Position numbers and translations under genes: made by a program
The notes under the pieces: model-generated
Database searches by the model: none
Told to the model about the DNA's origin: nothing
Seen by the model: only the letters and a program-made list of their open reading frames with translations
Origin: Antedon mediterranea
Taxonomy: Eukaryota > Animalia > Echinodermata
Direction: 5' to 3'
Length of the DNA stretch: 64,000 nucleotides
NCBI RefSeq assembly: GCF_964355755.1
Contig: NC_092680.1
Coordinates: 9,486,001 to 9,550,000, forward strand
In this document: positions 24,581 through 38,400 of the stretch, piece by piece
Numbering within the stretch: the stretch's first letter is position 1
Layout: each line of letters begins with the position of its first letter

Positions 24581-25939
24581 AGATAGGTGGTAAACTCCCG
24601 AACATCAGGGTGTGTCATGTGTCATCACAATTTTTTGTGAAGCAGTTCGCCCCTACTCGTGCACTACTACTTTAGAGTGCACACGAATAAAACGTGTAAA
24701 CATTTTGTGCGAGTGTTGCCAAAGTGCGAGTCAACGAGGCACGCAATGCACGCAATCCACGACGGTAATTCAACGGAAAAAATACCAACAAGTGCAAGCC
24801 ATCCAATAATAAGCCTTCGTTAATATTTGTGTACAATTCATGAACATTTATGAAATGAATGAATTATGTTAACAATTTCGAATATCCAGATGCGACTTCG
24901 ATGTTTACAGTTAGTTTTAGGTGGTGCCTGGTCACTGTCTAAGAAGGCTAGCTAGCCTAGCTAGGCCCTATAGTATACTGTAGCCCCCCGCCGGAGTAGA
25001 GACGGCTATTCGCTGTAGTACGGTCTAGGCCTAGCAGTCTTCTTTATCAAGAATACAGTAGATTACAGATATTTTATATCTTGTGAAATGTATTTTTTCC
25101 AACAAAATATCATCTAGTAGAAAGCCCTATATTATATTAGGGGCTAGACTAGGCCTAGATTTAATTTAATGTTTTATGGTGCCTCGCACTTTTGGTACAA
25201 TAGTGCAGTTACACTTCGTACTGACTCGCTTGAATTGCAATTAACATGGTCACGTGGGCCGTTGACTCTACTGACTCCAATGAATCCATGGCTTGCAGTT
25301 TGTCAATACCCATTTTGTGCCTTTTGTTGGACTATTTCTATAGATGTTTATAGTTCAGCCCCAATTATTATAGGAATACAACAGCAAAATTCTATTAAAC
25401 TGTTTCTTCCTGATATTCCATACAATTCGTCTACTAAGAATAGATATGGTGTTTTGTTTCAAATAATTGTACTTCCGATCATCTTTTATTACATTGTCTA
25501 ATAAATTAAATGTAAATACGTATATTTTGAACAATTTAAGACCAATTTCTACGACTAGTACTTAAATAGATATGAATACGCAAAGAAAAATGGGGGTCAT
25601 GAAACGGTATTTTCGATCATTTTCACTAACATTTTGAATACTGAATATAAATGTCTGTATGAATATTTGAAACCAATATTTTTTTGCTGTGACAAGTGGT
25701 TGTCGAGATTTAACATGGTGTTTGTGTTTGTCCATATAACATTTCATTCTGACCTTTTAAAACATTTTTCAACATGTGTAAATAATAAGAAACAAATGTA
25801 TATGTTAAAAAACGTGAGACCAAATTGAAATCTGTAATGACCAGTAGTTACGAAGATAAATACAAACGGTCAGAAATGGCATTTCCGGTCATTTTTTTTC
25901 TCTAAAATATCATATTTTTATGTATCCTTTTTTATCAAC

Positions 25940-26220
25940 CAATAGCTAAAATACTCTGTACAACACTATGATAAAATAACTTTACAGATTTGTTATCCAC
26001 TTTCATTGCAACAAGACACGCTGTTAGTCTTTGGTAATAGTAATATGAGTAGTTTGCTGTAATTTCGCCTTTATCTACAGATATTATTGGAACATAGTAA
26101 AGATATGTGCAACCTGTTGCTGAACCCATCTGTTTCCGTTTCCTTTGTTATCTATCATAATTCTATCCTCATCGTTAATCTCAATTCTTTTATTTGTAGC
26201 CATCCATGAAAGTCATTTTT
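25940..26220 (-). mobile_element. Highly decayed LINE RT remnant
   Basis: KVDNKSVKLFYHSVVQSIL resembles an L2/Rex-type ORF2 C-terminus; part of it is similar to 28290-28600. Confidence 0.4.
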
Positions 26221-26410
26221 ATTTCAATATGTTTTTTAATTCATTAAAGGCCCCTAAAAAAGAATTTTGATGGCACGATTGAGTCACACCAAAAGGTGAT
26301 GTACACTTTTAGAGTCATAGTGGTATCATTAAATTACCCTTGTTCGGACACGTTCAAGTTGGTTGATTCAGGAAATAGGGAATTGTTGTTAAAATAGTCG
26401 CGCAATTCAG

Positions 26411-27083
26411 TGGTGTCACGAAACATAAGACCACGAAAGCTAAGACCCCCTAAGACCTAAGAACACGAAAGCTAAGACCCAAGACTACAAATATTTATCT
26501 TTCGCACCTGCCTTGTATTTTAACTCCAACATTTATTCTAAATACCACACCTTAAAATTAGCACTTTTATGAAAAAGAATCACATAAAAAGTAACAAATA
26601 CATTTTTAAATTGATGATTTTTCAGACGTTTTTCTCGCACACATAGGCTACTGTTTGCGAATTTTGCATGACTAGCCTAGGCCTACCCCTTGTTCAATAT
26701 TTTTTGTTTTTAAGGAACGTCGAAAGATAAAAAATTATATAGAGGGCGGAAAACTCTGTGTGGAGTCCATCTATTTTAACGCATTTTTTTGTGAAAATCA
26801 GTACGAAGGAATAAATACTCGAAAATAAATTTTAATTTCTGTTTTTATACTTGTACTATTATTGTTGCTCTTTTGGCGCTCCATAGAAACAAAAACATTG
26901 AGCATTGGGGAGGAGTTACAGTATACAATACAAAAAAACACGTCTGTAAAATCATCAATTTAAAGAATTTATTTATTTGTTTGTATGTGTTTCTCCTTCT
27001 TAAAGTACTTATATAAGTCCTAATTTTAAAAATAAAGTTAGTTAACAAATTTGGAGTCAAAATACAAGGCAGGTGCGAAAGAA
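26411..27083. mobile_element. Decayed foldback/MITE-like inverted-repeat element
   Basis: tctttcgcacctgccttgtatttt (~26498) is inverted at ~27060-27083, with further degenerate arm similarity inward; the left end has a GGTGT start and aaagctaagacc subrepeats. Confidence 0.6.
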
Positions 27084-27429
27084 AAACATCCTCCGAACCA
27101 ACACAATGGAGTAAATATATACCAACAAACAACCCGTCAAGTTCGTTTGTTGTAAAGAAAAAAAAAATTACTCAACGGGCGAAAAAGTTTTATGTTTTGC
27201 GGTAGTATTTAATTATATTTATGGTAATAAATGAAACCTACTATGTTTAAAATTAAATAAAAGAGGTTCTCTTTGTTGGTGTAGAAGAAGAAGGTCGTCA
27301 TAGATGTGTGACAGCTCGTATGCTCCTTCGTCTCTGTTCATGGTGTGTTTCTTTCTTCCGATCCAAATGGCCTCTTTAATAGTGCGTTGTACTCTGGCTG
27401 ACTCCTTGTCTAAGATCTTTGTATTGTCC

Positions 27430-27995
27430 CAATCTCTATCTCAATCTATTGAACTTACTAACCCGCTAACTAAATTATTTAATACGTGTCTCAATGAGGG
27501 ACATTTTCCACGTCAGTGGAAAACTGCTACAATAGTTCCAGTTCCAAACAAAACAAGATTCGCTCCTTTGATGATCTTCGTCCAATATCATTGACGCCGG
27601 TCTTTGCTAAGATTTTTGAGGCATTTATTGCCAAATGGATTATTGAGGATATTGATAATAAATTAGACACTAAACAGTATGGTAATACTAAAGGTTCATC
27701 TACTATACATTATCTAGTGGATATGTTAAATTATGTTTATGAAAGTCTTGACAAGCCCAAACAGTTGATTGAACTCTGTACAATTTATTTTACTAAGGCT
27801 TTTGATAGAGTTAATCATGCAATTATTGTAGATAAATTAATTAAACTTGGAGTTAGGTCATCCATTGTTTCCATTGTCTGCAGCTTTCTGTGTGAAAGAA
27901 CTCATACTACCAAACTTGGCACACACATTTCTTCCACCAAACCAATATCTTGTGGAGTACTACAGGGAACCAAACTGGGACCCATACTATTCTTT
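27430..27995 (+). mobile_element. LINE reverse transcriptase fragment, frameshifted
   Basis: FPRQWKTATIVPVP / LRPISLTPVFAKIFE..QYG..GSST..FTKAFDRVNH..GVLQGTKLGPILF. Confidence 0.85.
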
Positions 27996-28289
27996 GAGTT
28001 TATTATTTACCTTTATTTCATATAATTTCTTTCTTATCAATTGCGGCTGAATTGTCTTGAATGTACTGAAAAAGTCAATAATAATTGCACTTACATTATT
28101 AATAATTATTCATTTTGGATTTCTTTCAAGATGTTCTATTATACCTACGTTGTGCAGGTAGTATGTCGCATCATCTTCTACACCCTCGTCTTTCTATACG
28201 CAAATTGTTTCACTTTTATATATTTTTAATTCAATAACGTATTTAACAATTTTAATTTTAAAAACGTTCCAAGCAATTCATAGTCGTAT

Positions 28290-28600
28290 AGAGTAATCAA
28301 AGACGACAGTCATTGCAACAAGACACTTTGCTAATCTTAAATAATAGAGTAATATGAGCAGTTTTCCATATTGCTGGTGTTTCACATTTATCATCAGATA
28401 ATTGAAACAATAGAGTGACGAGATGCAAGTTGGTGGCCACGTGTTTTCAACAGCTTGTTTCTGACTCAATCTGGTCCTTTGCCTCATTTATCTTTACCTT
28501 AGAAATAATCTCCTAACATTACATTAATCTATCATAATTCGTTTTTCATCTTTTATCTTTATAAGTAATCTTACTTTTAATTTGTATTAGATCAGACCTG
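28290..28600 (-). mobile_element. Decayed LINE RT N-terminal fragment
   Basis: GPD*VRNKLLK..QLA..PAIWKTAHITLLFK..CCND pattern on the - strand. Confidence 0.55.
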
Positions 28601-29219
28601 AAATCAAGTCCAACAAATTTGCAGTAGATTTAATTTTGTGGGAGTAACCAACTTGTAATTTGTATTTATTATACATTATACTTTCTTAATGAACAATATA
28701 ATATTTAAACAAGAAACACGTTGCAAATATTCTAAAACAACAAATTTATAAATGTTATAAAATAAAGTATTATTATTGTACAATTAAAGTAGTATTTTTG
28801 TATAGTGTTTTTGTTTACATGGTTTATCTTGTAATTGTGTTCAAATAGACATTTTAAAAAGATGATACCAATCTATATCTCCACTTAGTAATAGGCCTAC
28901 AACTCGATGCCTGGGATACTATGTTCAAATTATTAATTTATAATATATTTTTTATATTTTCTTCCAATCCTTCTAAATAAAAAAGGTTTAAAAACATGGC
29001 TAATAATTAAATGTCTGTACGAATCAATCTTTGGCATGATTGTATAACATTTCCGCTGTGGGTGTTGATATCGTATTTCGTAACAGTAAAAAGAAAATAA
29101 TCTCAAACTTTTGGAATTTTCCGATTTGTTTTACCAAAAATTATGCTTCGTTATTTCATTAGTCAAGATCACCTCTCTAGTCACGATATGGCAATTAAAA
29201 GCGTGATAGAAATTTAGCT

Positions 29220-29275
29220 TGTTTGATTGGTCACGATCGCATTTTGTATTGGTTCTGGCGAATGACGCAAACATT
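29220..29275 (+). promoter_or_regulatory. Putative PKS proximal promoter
   Basis: Two reverse CCAAT boxes (attgg ~29226, ~29248) and TGACGCAA (~29263) about 80-120 bp upstream of the ATG-terminated first exon; motif match only. Confidence 0.35.
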
Positions 29276-29730
29276 ACTCAACATTACAAAAATATCTGTT
29301 GTTTAACTTTGTAATTATTTAGAAGAAAATTTGTCCAAAAGAAGACCATGGTAAGTTTATAATATTTGTTTTTGAGTTTACTAACTATTTAATATTTACT
29401 ACCAGGTAAGGTGCAATAGGGCCAAGTAAAGCTTGGTTCCCTTTATATACGTAAGCACATTACAAGTTATTTGAACAATCACCAGCAGCAATTTGTTTTT
29501 CTAACTGTCGCGCCTTGTCAATGATCAACTCGCTTTCATTGTACCTACGTCTTTGCCGTGCGTCTTAAATGGACACCAGGTTTATAGATTATTGATGATG
29601 AAGCTTTTCCTTTTCATTTTTTAATCTTCGACGTCTGAACAACACGGATGAGAATTTTTAAGTGGTTATGTCCTAGGGCAACTAACCTTCACCCTCCCCA
29701 ATCCTTTTAATCGGCGCCCATGTTTATCAT

Positions 29731-29838
29731 GGAGGAGTGGCTTGGTGGTTATGATGCTTGGCTACCAATCCAAGGGTCCTTGTGGTCTTCCTTGGCTATA
29801 AATGCCTAAAAAGAATATATAAAAAAAAATAAAAAAAT
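29731..29838 (+). mobile_element. Possible internally deleted tRNA-derived SINE in PKS intron 1
   Basis: A-box-like tggcttggtgg, tRNA-like 5' half and an A-rich tail; B box absent. Confidence 0.4.
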
Positions 29839-29938
29839 GTTCGCAAAAGAACCGATTAGAGGTTATTTAATTTCTTCTTTTGTCCTATTTTATTACCTTT
29901 GCATTTTCTTTCTATTCATTTTTTGAAGAGTGAACAAG

Positions 29939-30239
29939 AGTAGAAAAAACATGAAACATTCGTCATCTTCGTGCGTCGATCCTCTAGACGACAATGACAA
30001 GGTTGCAATTGTAGGCATTGGCTGCAGATATGGAGATGGCGTGGCAGGTCCACGAGAAATGTGGCGCATGTTGAAGGAGATGAGAGACTGTACAACATCT
30101 CATCCCGCAGAGCGATTTGACAAATCATCTTTCTTTTTTCCTGGTAATAAAAAGAAAAGTAAATTGTACACAGAACGTGGCGGTTACCTAAAGCAAGATC
30201 CTTTTATGTTTGATCGACAATTCTTCAGGATGTCACCAA
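29939..30239 (+). CDS. PKS exon 2: KS N-terminus
   Basis: DKVAIVGIGCRY..GGYL..FDRQFFRMSP, phase-1 donor gtaagc at 30240; exact acceptor uncertain (29929-29939). Confidence 0.85.
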
Positions 30240-30717
30240 GTAAGCTATACGCTTTTAATACATGTTTATGTTGTAATTTGCAGTCCTAATGACCTATGAC
30301 GCTATATGTATGGCATACTACATCTTCCCAGAAAATCATTGCGAGATCATTCTCCTTCCGCCCAGTCTTTCGTGCAATGGTACAACTAATTTAATTCGGT
30401 GAAAATAAAAAGTTCTATTTCCACTCGGCTTTGTCTCGTAGAAATATAACCTTTCCTCTTTCACCTCATGACATTGTCATTGTACAAATGCATTATTTTG
30501 TATAATTGAGTATGTCTCCACACTCATCTATATACGTCAGCATGCCCCGGCACGTGCTAAACTCAACGTACAGTTGGTCAGCGTATTTTGAAAATTCGTA
30601 TGTTGTGATTACGCTATCAATGTTTGATAGGGCTCCATGTCCGATCGAATGCGGCCTCCTAGTGTAGTGTAGCATAGCGGTTTTATATAACCATGTAGCC
30701 AGTCGGCATTAAGCCAT

Positions 30718-32499
30718 GGGTGTGTAGAAAGCGACGACCTCGAATTGGACGACCCCAACGACCCGGGCGACCTCGAATTGGACGACCTAGAATTGGACGA
30801 CCCCCATAACACGAAACCGACGATCCCTATATAATAGCCTAGCCTAGCCTAGGCCTAAGTATGGTATAACATCCCGAAGCCGAACATAACCAAAGATCTT
30901 TAAACCATACCTTATATAATACTCGCAAGCTCGCAAGCAAGCAATTGATTGAAAAAATACAGAAATATCGCCATTTGATACTGAATGTGTCGACACGAAC
31001 AAACGAACAGATATGGAACGCCAAGAGTGCATCATTAAAACTGTATTCGACTCGATTAGCACACGAAATATCATAAACATGGCAAACCAGGCCCCTTTTT
31101 CAGCGGCAGGTAAGGTTTGACCATGGAGGTATATCCATGGTTTGACCAGCTCCATGGTTTGACCATGGAGGTATAAAAATATTTTTATACCTCCATGGTT
31201 TGACCGTATACAATGCATGTGTGAAATGTAAAGCTTTCTTATGGCCCTCCCCATGCAGGATTAGGCCAAGTTGAGCCGCCGACAAGTTGAGGCGCCGCCA
31301 GAAACGTTATTTTCTATGAAACGCCAAATGCTTACTTTCGCCGGTGCTCGTTTCTATTTAATAGAAGTTCTATTTATATTAATTATTAGATATAACGATG
31401 TATATTCCAAAGTTTATATATCACGGTTTTTAGTATATATTATTAAATATTATAATTAAAGAGAAATAATTATGAATATCTGACTTGTAGATTCCAAAAT
31501 ATAAGGCCTAAAACATGACTGAAAATGATCGTTTTTAGCCAAAAATGACGTAAACTTGTTGCCCCCTCAGGCGGCAGTTGAAGTAAAATAATTGCATAAA
31601 ATCACCGTTTTTTAGTAAAATATTTTGTGTATTAACATTGTAAAATTCAATAAAATATGATATTAAAAGATAGTAAATAAAAAATAATAATTATTTAACC
31701 TCATTCGAAGAATATCAATACTCTATTAGTCCTGAGAGACAACGTGATTTTACGTGGTAGAAGGCATACACGCGAGAAAAATATTATGGAGTGCACTGCA
31801 TTTTTACCTTGAAAGATTAAAAACAATTACATTATTAAATATGACTACTTTCCTTTGCTGTTTCAAACCAACAAAATTGTAGTATGTATTTATTATTTAT
31901 TTTCATGACACAATAAACCTAAAGACCATGAACTTATGTAGGGCCTACTAGGACACCACTCTATCACTACGTGAAATGTCGTAAAAGACGCACTGGCCGT
32001 TTCATAGAAATTACCGGCGGCTCAACTTGTCGGCGGCCCAACCGGTCATATCCCCCCATGCACATGTTACGCTGCTTGGTAGGCCTATAGTGTTCGTTAT
32101 AAGAAGACGAGATGTAATTATACGTCCATGGTTTAACCATGTATTGTATAATATTTATTTCTTTTTAATTTATTTTTAATATGTCGAATGCAGTTTTAAT
32201 GATGCACTCTTGGCGTTCCATATCTTTTCGTTTGTTCGTGTCGACACAATCAGTATCAAATGGCGATATTTCTGTATTTTTTCAATCAATTGCTTGCTTG
32301 CGAGTATTATATAATAAGGTATAGTTTAAAGATCTTTGGCTATGTTCGGCTTCGGGATGTTATGCCACACTTAGGCCTAGGCTAGGCTATAGGGGTCGTC
32401 GGTTTCGTGTTATGGGTCGTTCAATTCGAGGTCGTTCAATTCGAGGTCGCCCGGGTCGTTGGGGTCGTCCAATTCGAGGTCGTCGCTTTCTACACACCC
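30718..32499. mobile_element. Non-autonomous Mutator/foldback-like DNA transposon in PKS intron 2
   Basis: ~330-bp TIRs (30718-31050 / 32183-32499) starting GGGTGTGTAGAAAG; flanking direct repeat ATTAAGCCAT (30708-30717 / 32500-32509). Confidence 0.9.
31258..32053. mobile_element. Nested non-autonomous Mutator-like element
   Basis: Imperfect ~45-bp TIRs (core gccgccgacaagttgag); 9-bp TSD CCCCATGCA (31249-31257 / 32054-32062). Confidence 0.85.
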
Positions 32500-33342
32500 A
32501 TTAAGCCATAGCATTTGTCGGCGAACACAATTCTTGATTTTTTTTCAATATTAGATTTGTTCAGTTACAGGATGCCTTAAACAGTAACATTTGTAATTAA
32601 TTAATCACAGCATAAAACGATTGGCACAGTAGTAACTATAAAAGTTACAACATTAAATTATACATACCAATCAACAACATAAATAATAATTGAATAAATG
32701 TGTTAAAATGTTTTTTTTTATTCAAATGAAAATTGATTTGTGATTAAGTAACTTATTATATGAAAGAGGTAATGTGAATAAAACCTTCTTTATTACAGTT
32801 GACACTGTTAAATATTATAAACATACGTAAAACACAACAAAAAAGACAACATATTACATTCACGAAAAAAAACCTTTTTCGAAATAATAGTTGCATATAA
32901 AATTACATATTTTTAGTAATTTATTGTAGGGCCTATATATTATATTAACATTGGCAATATCAATAAATATGTTAGATGGTAGTTTAAACAAAAACTTGAT
33001 AAATACCCCAAAATTGTATATTAACAATGGTGTGGAGACATTTCGGCCCACAAAGTAGGACGAATTGTCGTCAACTATTAACAAAGTACATCTAAGACAT
33101 CCACAACCTTGAATCAATAACATTCCGTCAATGGCTTGTAGAGACCTGTTTGAACAAATTGGTAAAAGTCCTTAATAGCTGAAAAATGCTTTTTGTGTTA
33201 CTTGTCGTGGTGGCCGTGTAACTTGAAATTTATTATAAAAAAATAATGCGAAATCATAATCTGCTATGAAAGAATTGTGTAATATAAAATGAATTAAGTA
33301 ATTTATAATTAATCACTAACTTACAATGTAATTATTGTGTAG

Positions 33343-34799
33343 GTGAAGCTGAACACATGGATCCACAGATACGAATTCTTCTTGAGGTTGTCTGGGAATC
33401 GATTGAAGATGCTGGTATTCCTGCTTCGACACTTCGTGGCTCTAACACTGGTGTGTATATGGGAGTAATGGCTAATGAGTATTTGGCCCTAACCGGCTTA
33501 CCTTTTAGTAACATCGGTCAATACACAAATTCAGGAACCAACTCTTGCATGATATCCAATCGTATTTCGTACGAGTTTGACTTCAGAGGACCAAGTTTTT
33601 CAATCGACACTGCATGTTCGTCATCTCTCTATGCTGTACATGTTGCATGTGATGCTCTAAGAGGAGGCGTCTGTGATACAGCAATTGCTGGTGGGGTAAA
33701 TATCATACTTACACCGTCTGTTACAATTGGGTTTTGTCAAGCTGGTATGCTTTCTCCTGATGGCCAGTGTAAAAGTTTTGATGAGTCAGCTGACGGTTAC
33801 AGCCGAAGTGAAGGTGTAGGATCAGTACTTCTAAAACCACTTAAAAGAGCAATAGCAGATAATGATCGAATTTACGCAGTAATAAGGGGTGGCGCTCTAA
33901 CAAATGACGGACGGACGCCAGGTATTGCAAACCCAAGTTTTGATGCTCAGATTGATCTTGTGCACAAAGCATGTTCAGCAGCGAAAGTAAACCCACGTGA
34001 AGTTGTTTATATCGAAGCTCATGGTACAGGTACTAGAGTAGGTGACAAGACTGAAGCTAACGCCATTGGTGAAGCTATGAGCAAACAACGTTCGGATGAT
34101 GTACCACCTTTGTATATTGGTTCTATCAAATCAAACGTAGGACATGCAGAAGGTGCTGCTGGTATAGCAGGAGTTATTAAAACAGCGTTGTTGTTGTATC
34201 ATCGTGAAATTCCCGGTGTTGTACATTTCCAACGCGGTAACCAAAGCATTAATTTTGAAGACCTCAAAATGACCGTTCCTTCAACAAGCATCCCTTGGCC
34301 TGCTGATTCAAAATATATCGCAGGTTGCAGTTCGTTTGGATTCGGTGGTGCTAACGCACATGTTGTTTTTGAAGCAGCGCCATCTACAATGCAAAATCAT
34401 GGCGAGGTAACGAATGGTAATTCATTAAATTCCAAGAAATCAAATATGTTAATACTTTCAGCATCGACATCAGAAGCTCTTAAGCAAAAGTTTATCGACT
34501 ATGGAAATTTTATTTCACAAAGTTCGGTTTCTCTAAAAAATACGTTATATACTGCAAATGTGAGAACACATAATCATGTTTTTAGAGCAGTTATTTTAGC
34601 CAAGACCAGAGAGGAATTTGTGAATTTACTGCAAAGAAACTTAAACGGAGAAAATGTAGATACTATAATCGAAGGAAAGGCACCAGAAGGTAATGTTATC
34701 ATGAGACTAGTTTTTGTTTTTTCTGGCATGGGAACTCAGTGGTGGGGCATGGCTAGAGAGTTAATGAACACACAACCGATCTTCAAAAAGGTCATACAG
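33343..34799 (+). CDS. PKS exon 3: KS catalytic core, KS-AT linker, AT start
   Basis: Branch point cactaac + tag acceptor; MDPQIRILLE, DTACSSS, HGTGT, VGH, FVFSGMGTQW; donor cag|gtaatt. Confidence 0.95.
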
Positions 34800-34892
34800 G
34801 TAATTAACAATATGATACGTTAAACCAAATAAAATCATTATAGTACATTACTGATTAATAATATTTAAACAAACTTCTTTGTTTAAAAATAG

Positions 34893-34989
34893 AAGATTGA
34901 TAGTTACCTTGGACAAATTGGAGGAAGATGGTCGCTTATTCAGATGTTGACAGAAGAAACTGATAAAAACAGGATAAGCAACGATACAG
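34893..34989 (+). CDS. PKS exon 4 (97 bp, AT domain; not in the ORF track)
   Basis: tag|KIDSYLGQIGGRWSLIQMLTEETDKNRISNDT|gt; phase 0 in and phase 1 out, bridging exons 3 and 5. Confidence 0.85.
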
Positions 34990-35444
34990 GTTTACACAAT
35001 TTTTAAGTTAAAATAATCATTGTAGTACAGTAGGCGTATTGTTAATGTTCAAACGCAGTGTTGATTGGAATTGTATAATTAAGTTAATCGATGAAATCTA
35101 TAATGATTTATGCACATTCTAACAAGCAGTGAATGTTATTGGAATTTACTTGATTTTTAATACTTTTTTTATATTAATTAACTCGTAAAAGATTCATACA
35201 TACATATACATACACATACAGTACTGTTGCTATCTTGAAAACAAGAAAAAAGAAGAAAATTGTGTTTAAATATAATGTTATTTACTAAAGTACTTAATAT
35301 AGACTACTCTTACGATGTTGCTGAAATACCAGTGTCAATACTATTAATCAAAAGCCAAACTAGTTTATCTACTATCGTTTGAACTTCAATTTAACAAGTT
35401 GCTTTGTAAGTTTTAATTTTATATTGTTGCATTGTCTTCAACAG

Positions 35445-38400
35445 AAATTTCTCAAGTCTGCATTTGTAGCGTCCAAATTGGATTAGTCGAACTGTACAAG
35501 CATTATGGAGTAACTCCAAGTGCCATAATCGGTCACAGCGTCGGAGAAGTAGCAGCAGCTTACGCAGCGGGACTTCTTTCTATGAAAAATGCAGTTAAGG
35601 TAATCTTTAAACAAGGACATCTTATCAGAAAAACAAGTGGTTCAGGAACAATGGCTGCAGTTCTTCATGATGTAGATATTGTCAAAGGTAAGCTGGAGTT
35701 TAATCCCAGATGTATAGACGTGGCAGCTATAAACAGCCCTACGCAAATTGTATTATCAGGGGAAACAGAGTTAATCAATGAATTCACATCACATCTAAAT
35801 CAAGTTGGTATTGTGACAAAATTACTAAGGGTTAATAATGCGTTTCACAGTCGTCACCAAGAAGGTTTAAGGGAAGAATTTCTGAAGAAGACAAATTTTC
35901 TAAAGAAGAAAACTTTTTCCACAAATCATAGACCAGTTGTTCCAATGATGTCAACTGTAACTAACCGTTATGTTACTCTACAAGAGGCTAATGATCCTGC
36001 TTACTGGTGGAGTAATATTCGCCAGAAAGTGTGTTTCAGAGATGCAGTAGATGCCATACTAAGGGACGGTTACATTAACTTTTTAGAGATAGGAGCTCAT
36101 CCAGCGCTGTCACCAGCAATTAAAGAAATTGTAGCATCGAAGTCAAGCAAATCAACCGTTCACTTTATCACTCACTCTCGTAAACGACCACGTGATATTA
36201 ATAACTCTTCCAATGATAATCTCAACTTTAATATATCATTAGCACAGATGTTTATACGGGCCTATCCGGTTGATATGACACCAAGTTTTCTAGGATCTGA
36301 GTGTGAGGTAGAATCCTTACCATTATATCCATGGCAACGTACAGAGTGTTCAGCAGCAACTTCCTCAAGGAACGTTATCATGCGGTATCCAAATTCTTTC
36401 CATCCCCTTTTAGGAAAGCCAGACACATCAGCTAACTTTTCCTCAAACAAAGGTTTTCAGGTTTGGAAAGGAACTATTGGAACCCACGAGGAACCATGGA
36501 TTGCCGACCACGTGGTTCAAGGTAGTGTAGTGTTTCCCGCTGCTGGGTTTATAGAAACAGCAATAGCAGCGCATCAGAAACTGTTTTTTAATTCACCTCA
36601 CGTAATTATAAAAGATATGAGTTTCGACCGTTTTATGTTTGTTTCTGATGAAGACACAACCGTTGAAACAACAACCGAATTGGAAACTGAAGACACCGCT
36701 TCATTCAGATTTTGCTCACTCAATACAAGAGAAAATAAATGGACAACACATACAACTATGGAATTAATAAAAAATGAAACACACGTTTGTTCTATCAATG
36801 ATACATGTCTAACTAATTTGACGTACCTTCCTGTAAGCGACATAAAAAATAGATGTCCCGAAGAACTCGATCAAACTGGTTTTTATGCCTTCAAACAGCA
36901 AATTGGTTTCAATCTTGGTGAAAGTTTCCTGTGTATCGAAATGGTAAACCACAACAAACTGGCTGACGAAGCACTTTTTTATATCAGAGCACCTGATACT
37001 GTTGCTGCACAGTCCAGTCGATTCTACATCCATCCCGCTTTGCTAGATGGTATCTTGCAAGCTATGGCAGGCCTTGAACGTCTTAAAAATACAGTTCAAA
37101 ATCCCACATCAAAGCCCGATGGTCGTGTTCCCAGATCTATTGAAAGAATGTACCTTAAAAAAGACGTATTATTTCCGGAAAGTGTATATCTTCATTTAAA
37201 ATTAATGAGCGATGATGAAGCAGGCATTTATGGCGAAGTTTCTATTGCTAATGCAGAAACTTTTGAGATCATTGGTCAATTTTCAAAAATCCGTTTTGGA
37301 TCGGTTGCTGGTCGTAGTGAAGACAACATCATTAAAATATGGAATAAGGAATGGGTGCCTATCGACATGGGCATGAAATCATTTGATCCAACAGGTTATA
37401 CCTTGATAACAGGAAATGACGAAGAGTTGTCGTTAAATCTCCAGAACCACTTGAATTCGGTTGGACTTCAGTCTGGTATTTACAATGGAGGTGATTTTCA
37501 AGAAGAGCAATTAACTATGGGTGGTAATGAACCATTGTTAAATATTATAATCATGGTTAAACCAAGTGACCAAAAAAACCACGACCAACTTCCTAAGACA
37601 ACCTTTTTGGAACTGCAATCTAGTATTGCAGAAATGTGTATCAATCTATACAAAGCTTTATAAACCCAGAAAGACATAGATCCGAAAATATGGCTGATTA
37701 CACGAGATGGGTTTTATGTCAGATACGATGACGTAGTTGATCCATGCCAGGCTTCAGCTTATGGTTTCGGTATTTGTGCGGCACACGAAAATCTAGACTT
37801 TAAGCTCTCCATTTTGGATATTCCATCAGAAATCAGCAATATTACAACGGCGGATTGGTTATTGAAATACATCTGGGGCAGTAACAATGATAAGATAATT
37901 ATAGCATTACGTATGAATGATTCGTCACCTGAACAAACAACAGATTTCAAGGTGTATGTGTATCAGTTGTGTATACGTGATAGTTATTACTTTCCTTGTA
38001 ATCATTCGTCATCTAATTGGAAATTTAACATTCTTCAAAGTTTTGAAACTGGGAGACTGTTGCTGACAAAGTTCCTTTATAACAAAGAAGAAACTAACTC
38101 TGTCAAATTGGTAACAGTAAACATTGAATCCTTCCAACTGGTTTCATCAGAAACTCAAGGTTCTTCTCAAGAGGTAAAGCCGATTGTAATGTTTTGTGGA
38201 AATTCAGAAAAGTCCTCTTTTAGTGATTGGTGTTTGTTCTTCAAACGAAATGAAGTCTACAATACAGTGCAACAAAAATGAACTGTTAGAGCTAGAGACA
38301 AACCTTACACCTTCACAAGTAATTGGTATTGTCTCGTCATACACCGTTCCGTTTCTTACTGTTCGTGATCTGAAACCAGATGATGCGACGATTGTTTGCT

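Noticed and set aside
29731-29790. tRNA gene
   Set aside because: Only the 5' half with an A box; no T-arm/B box; followed by an A-rich tail
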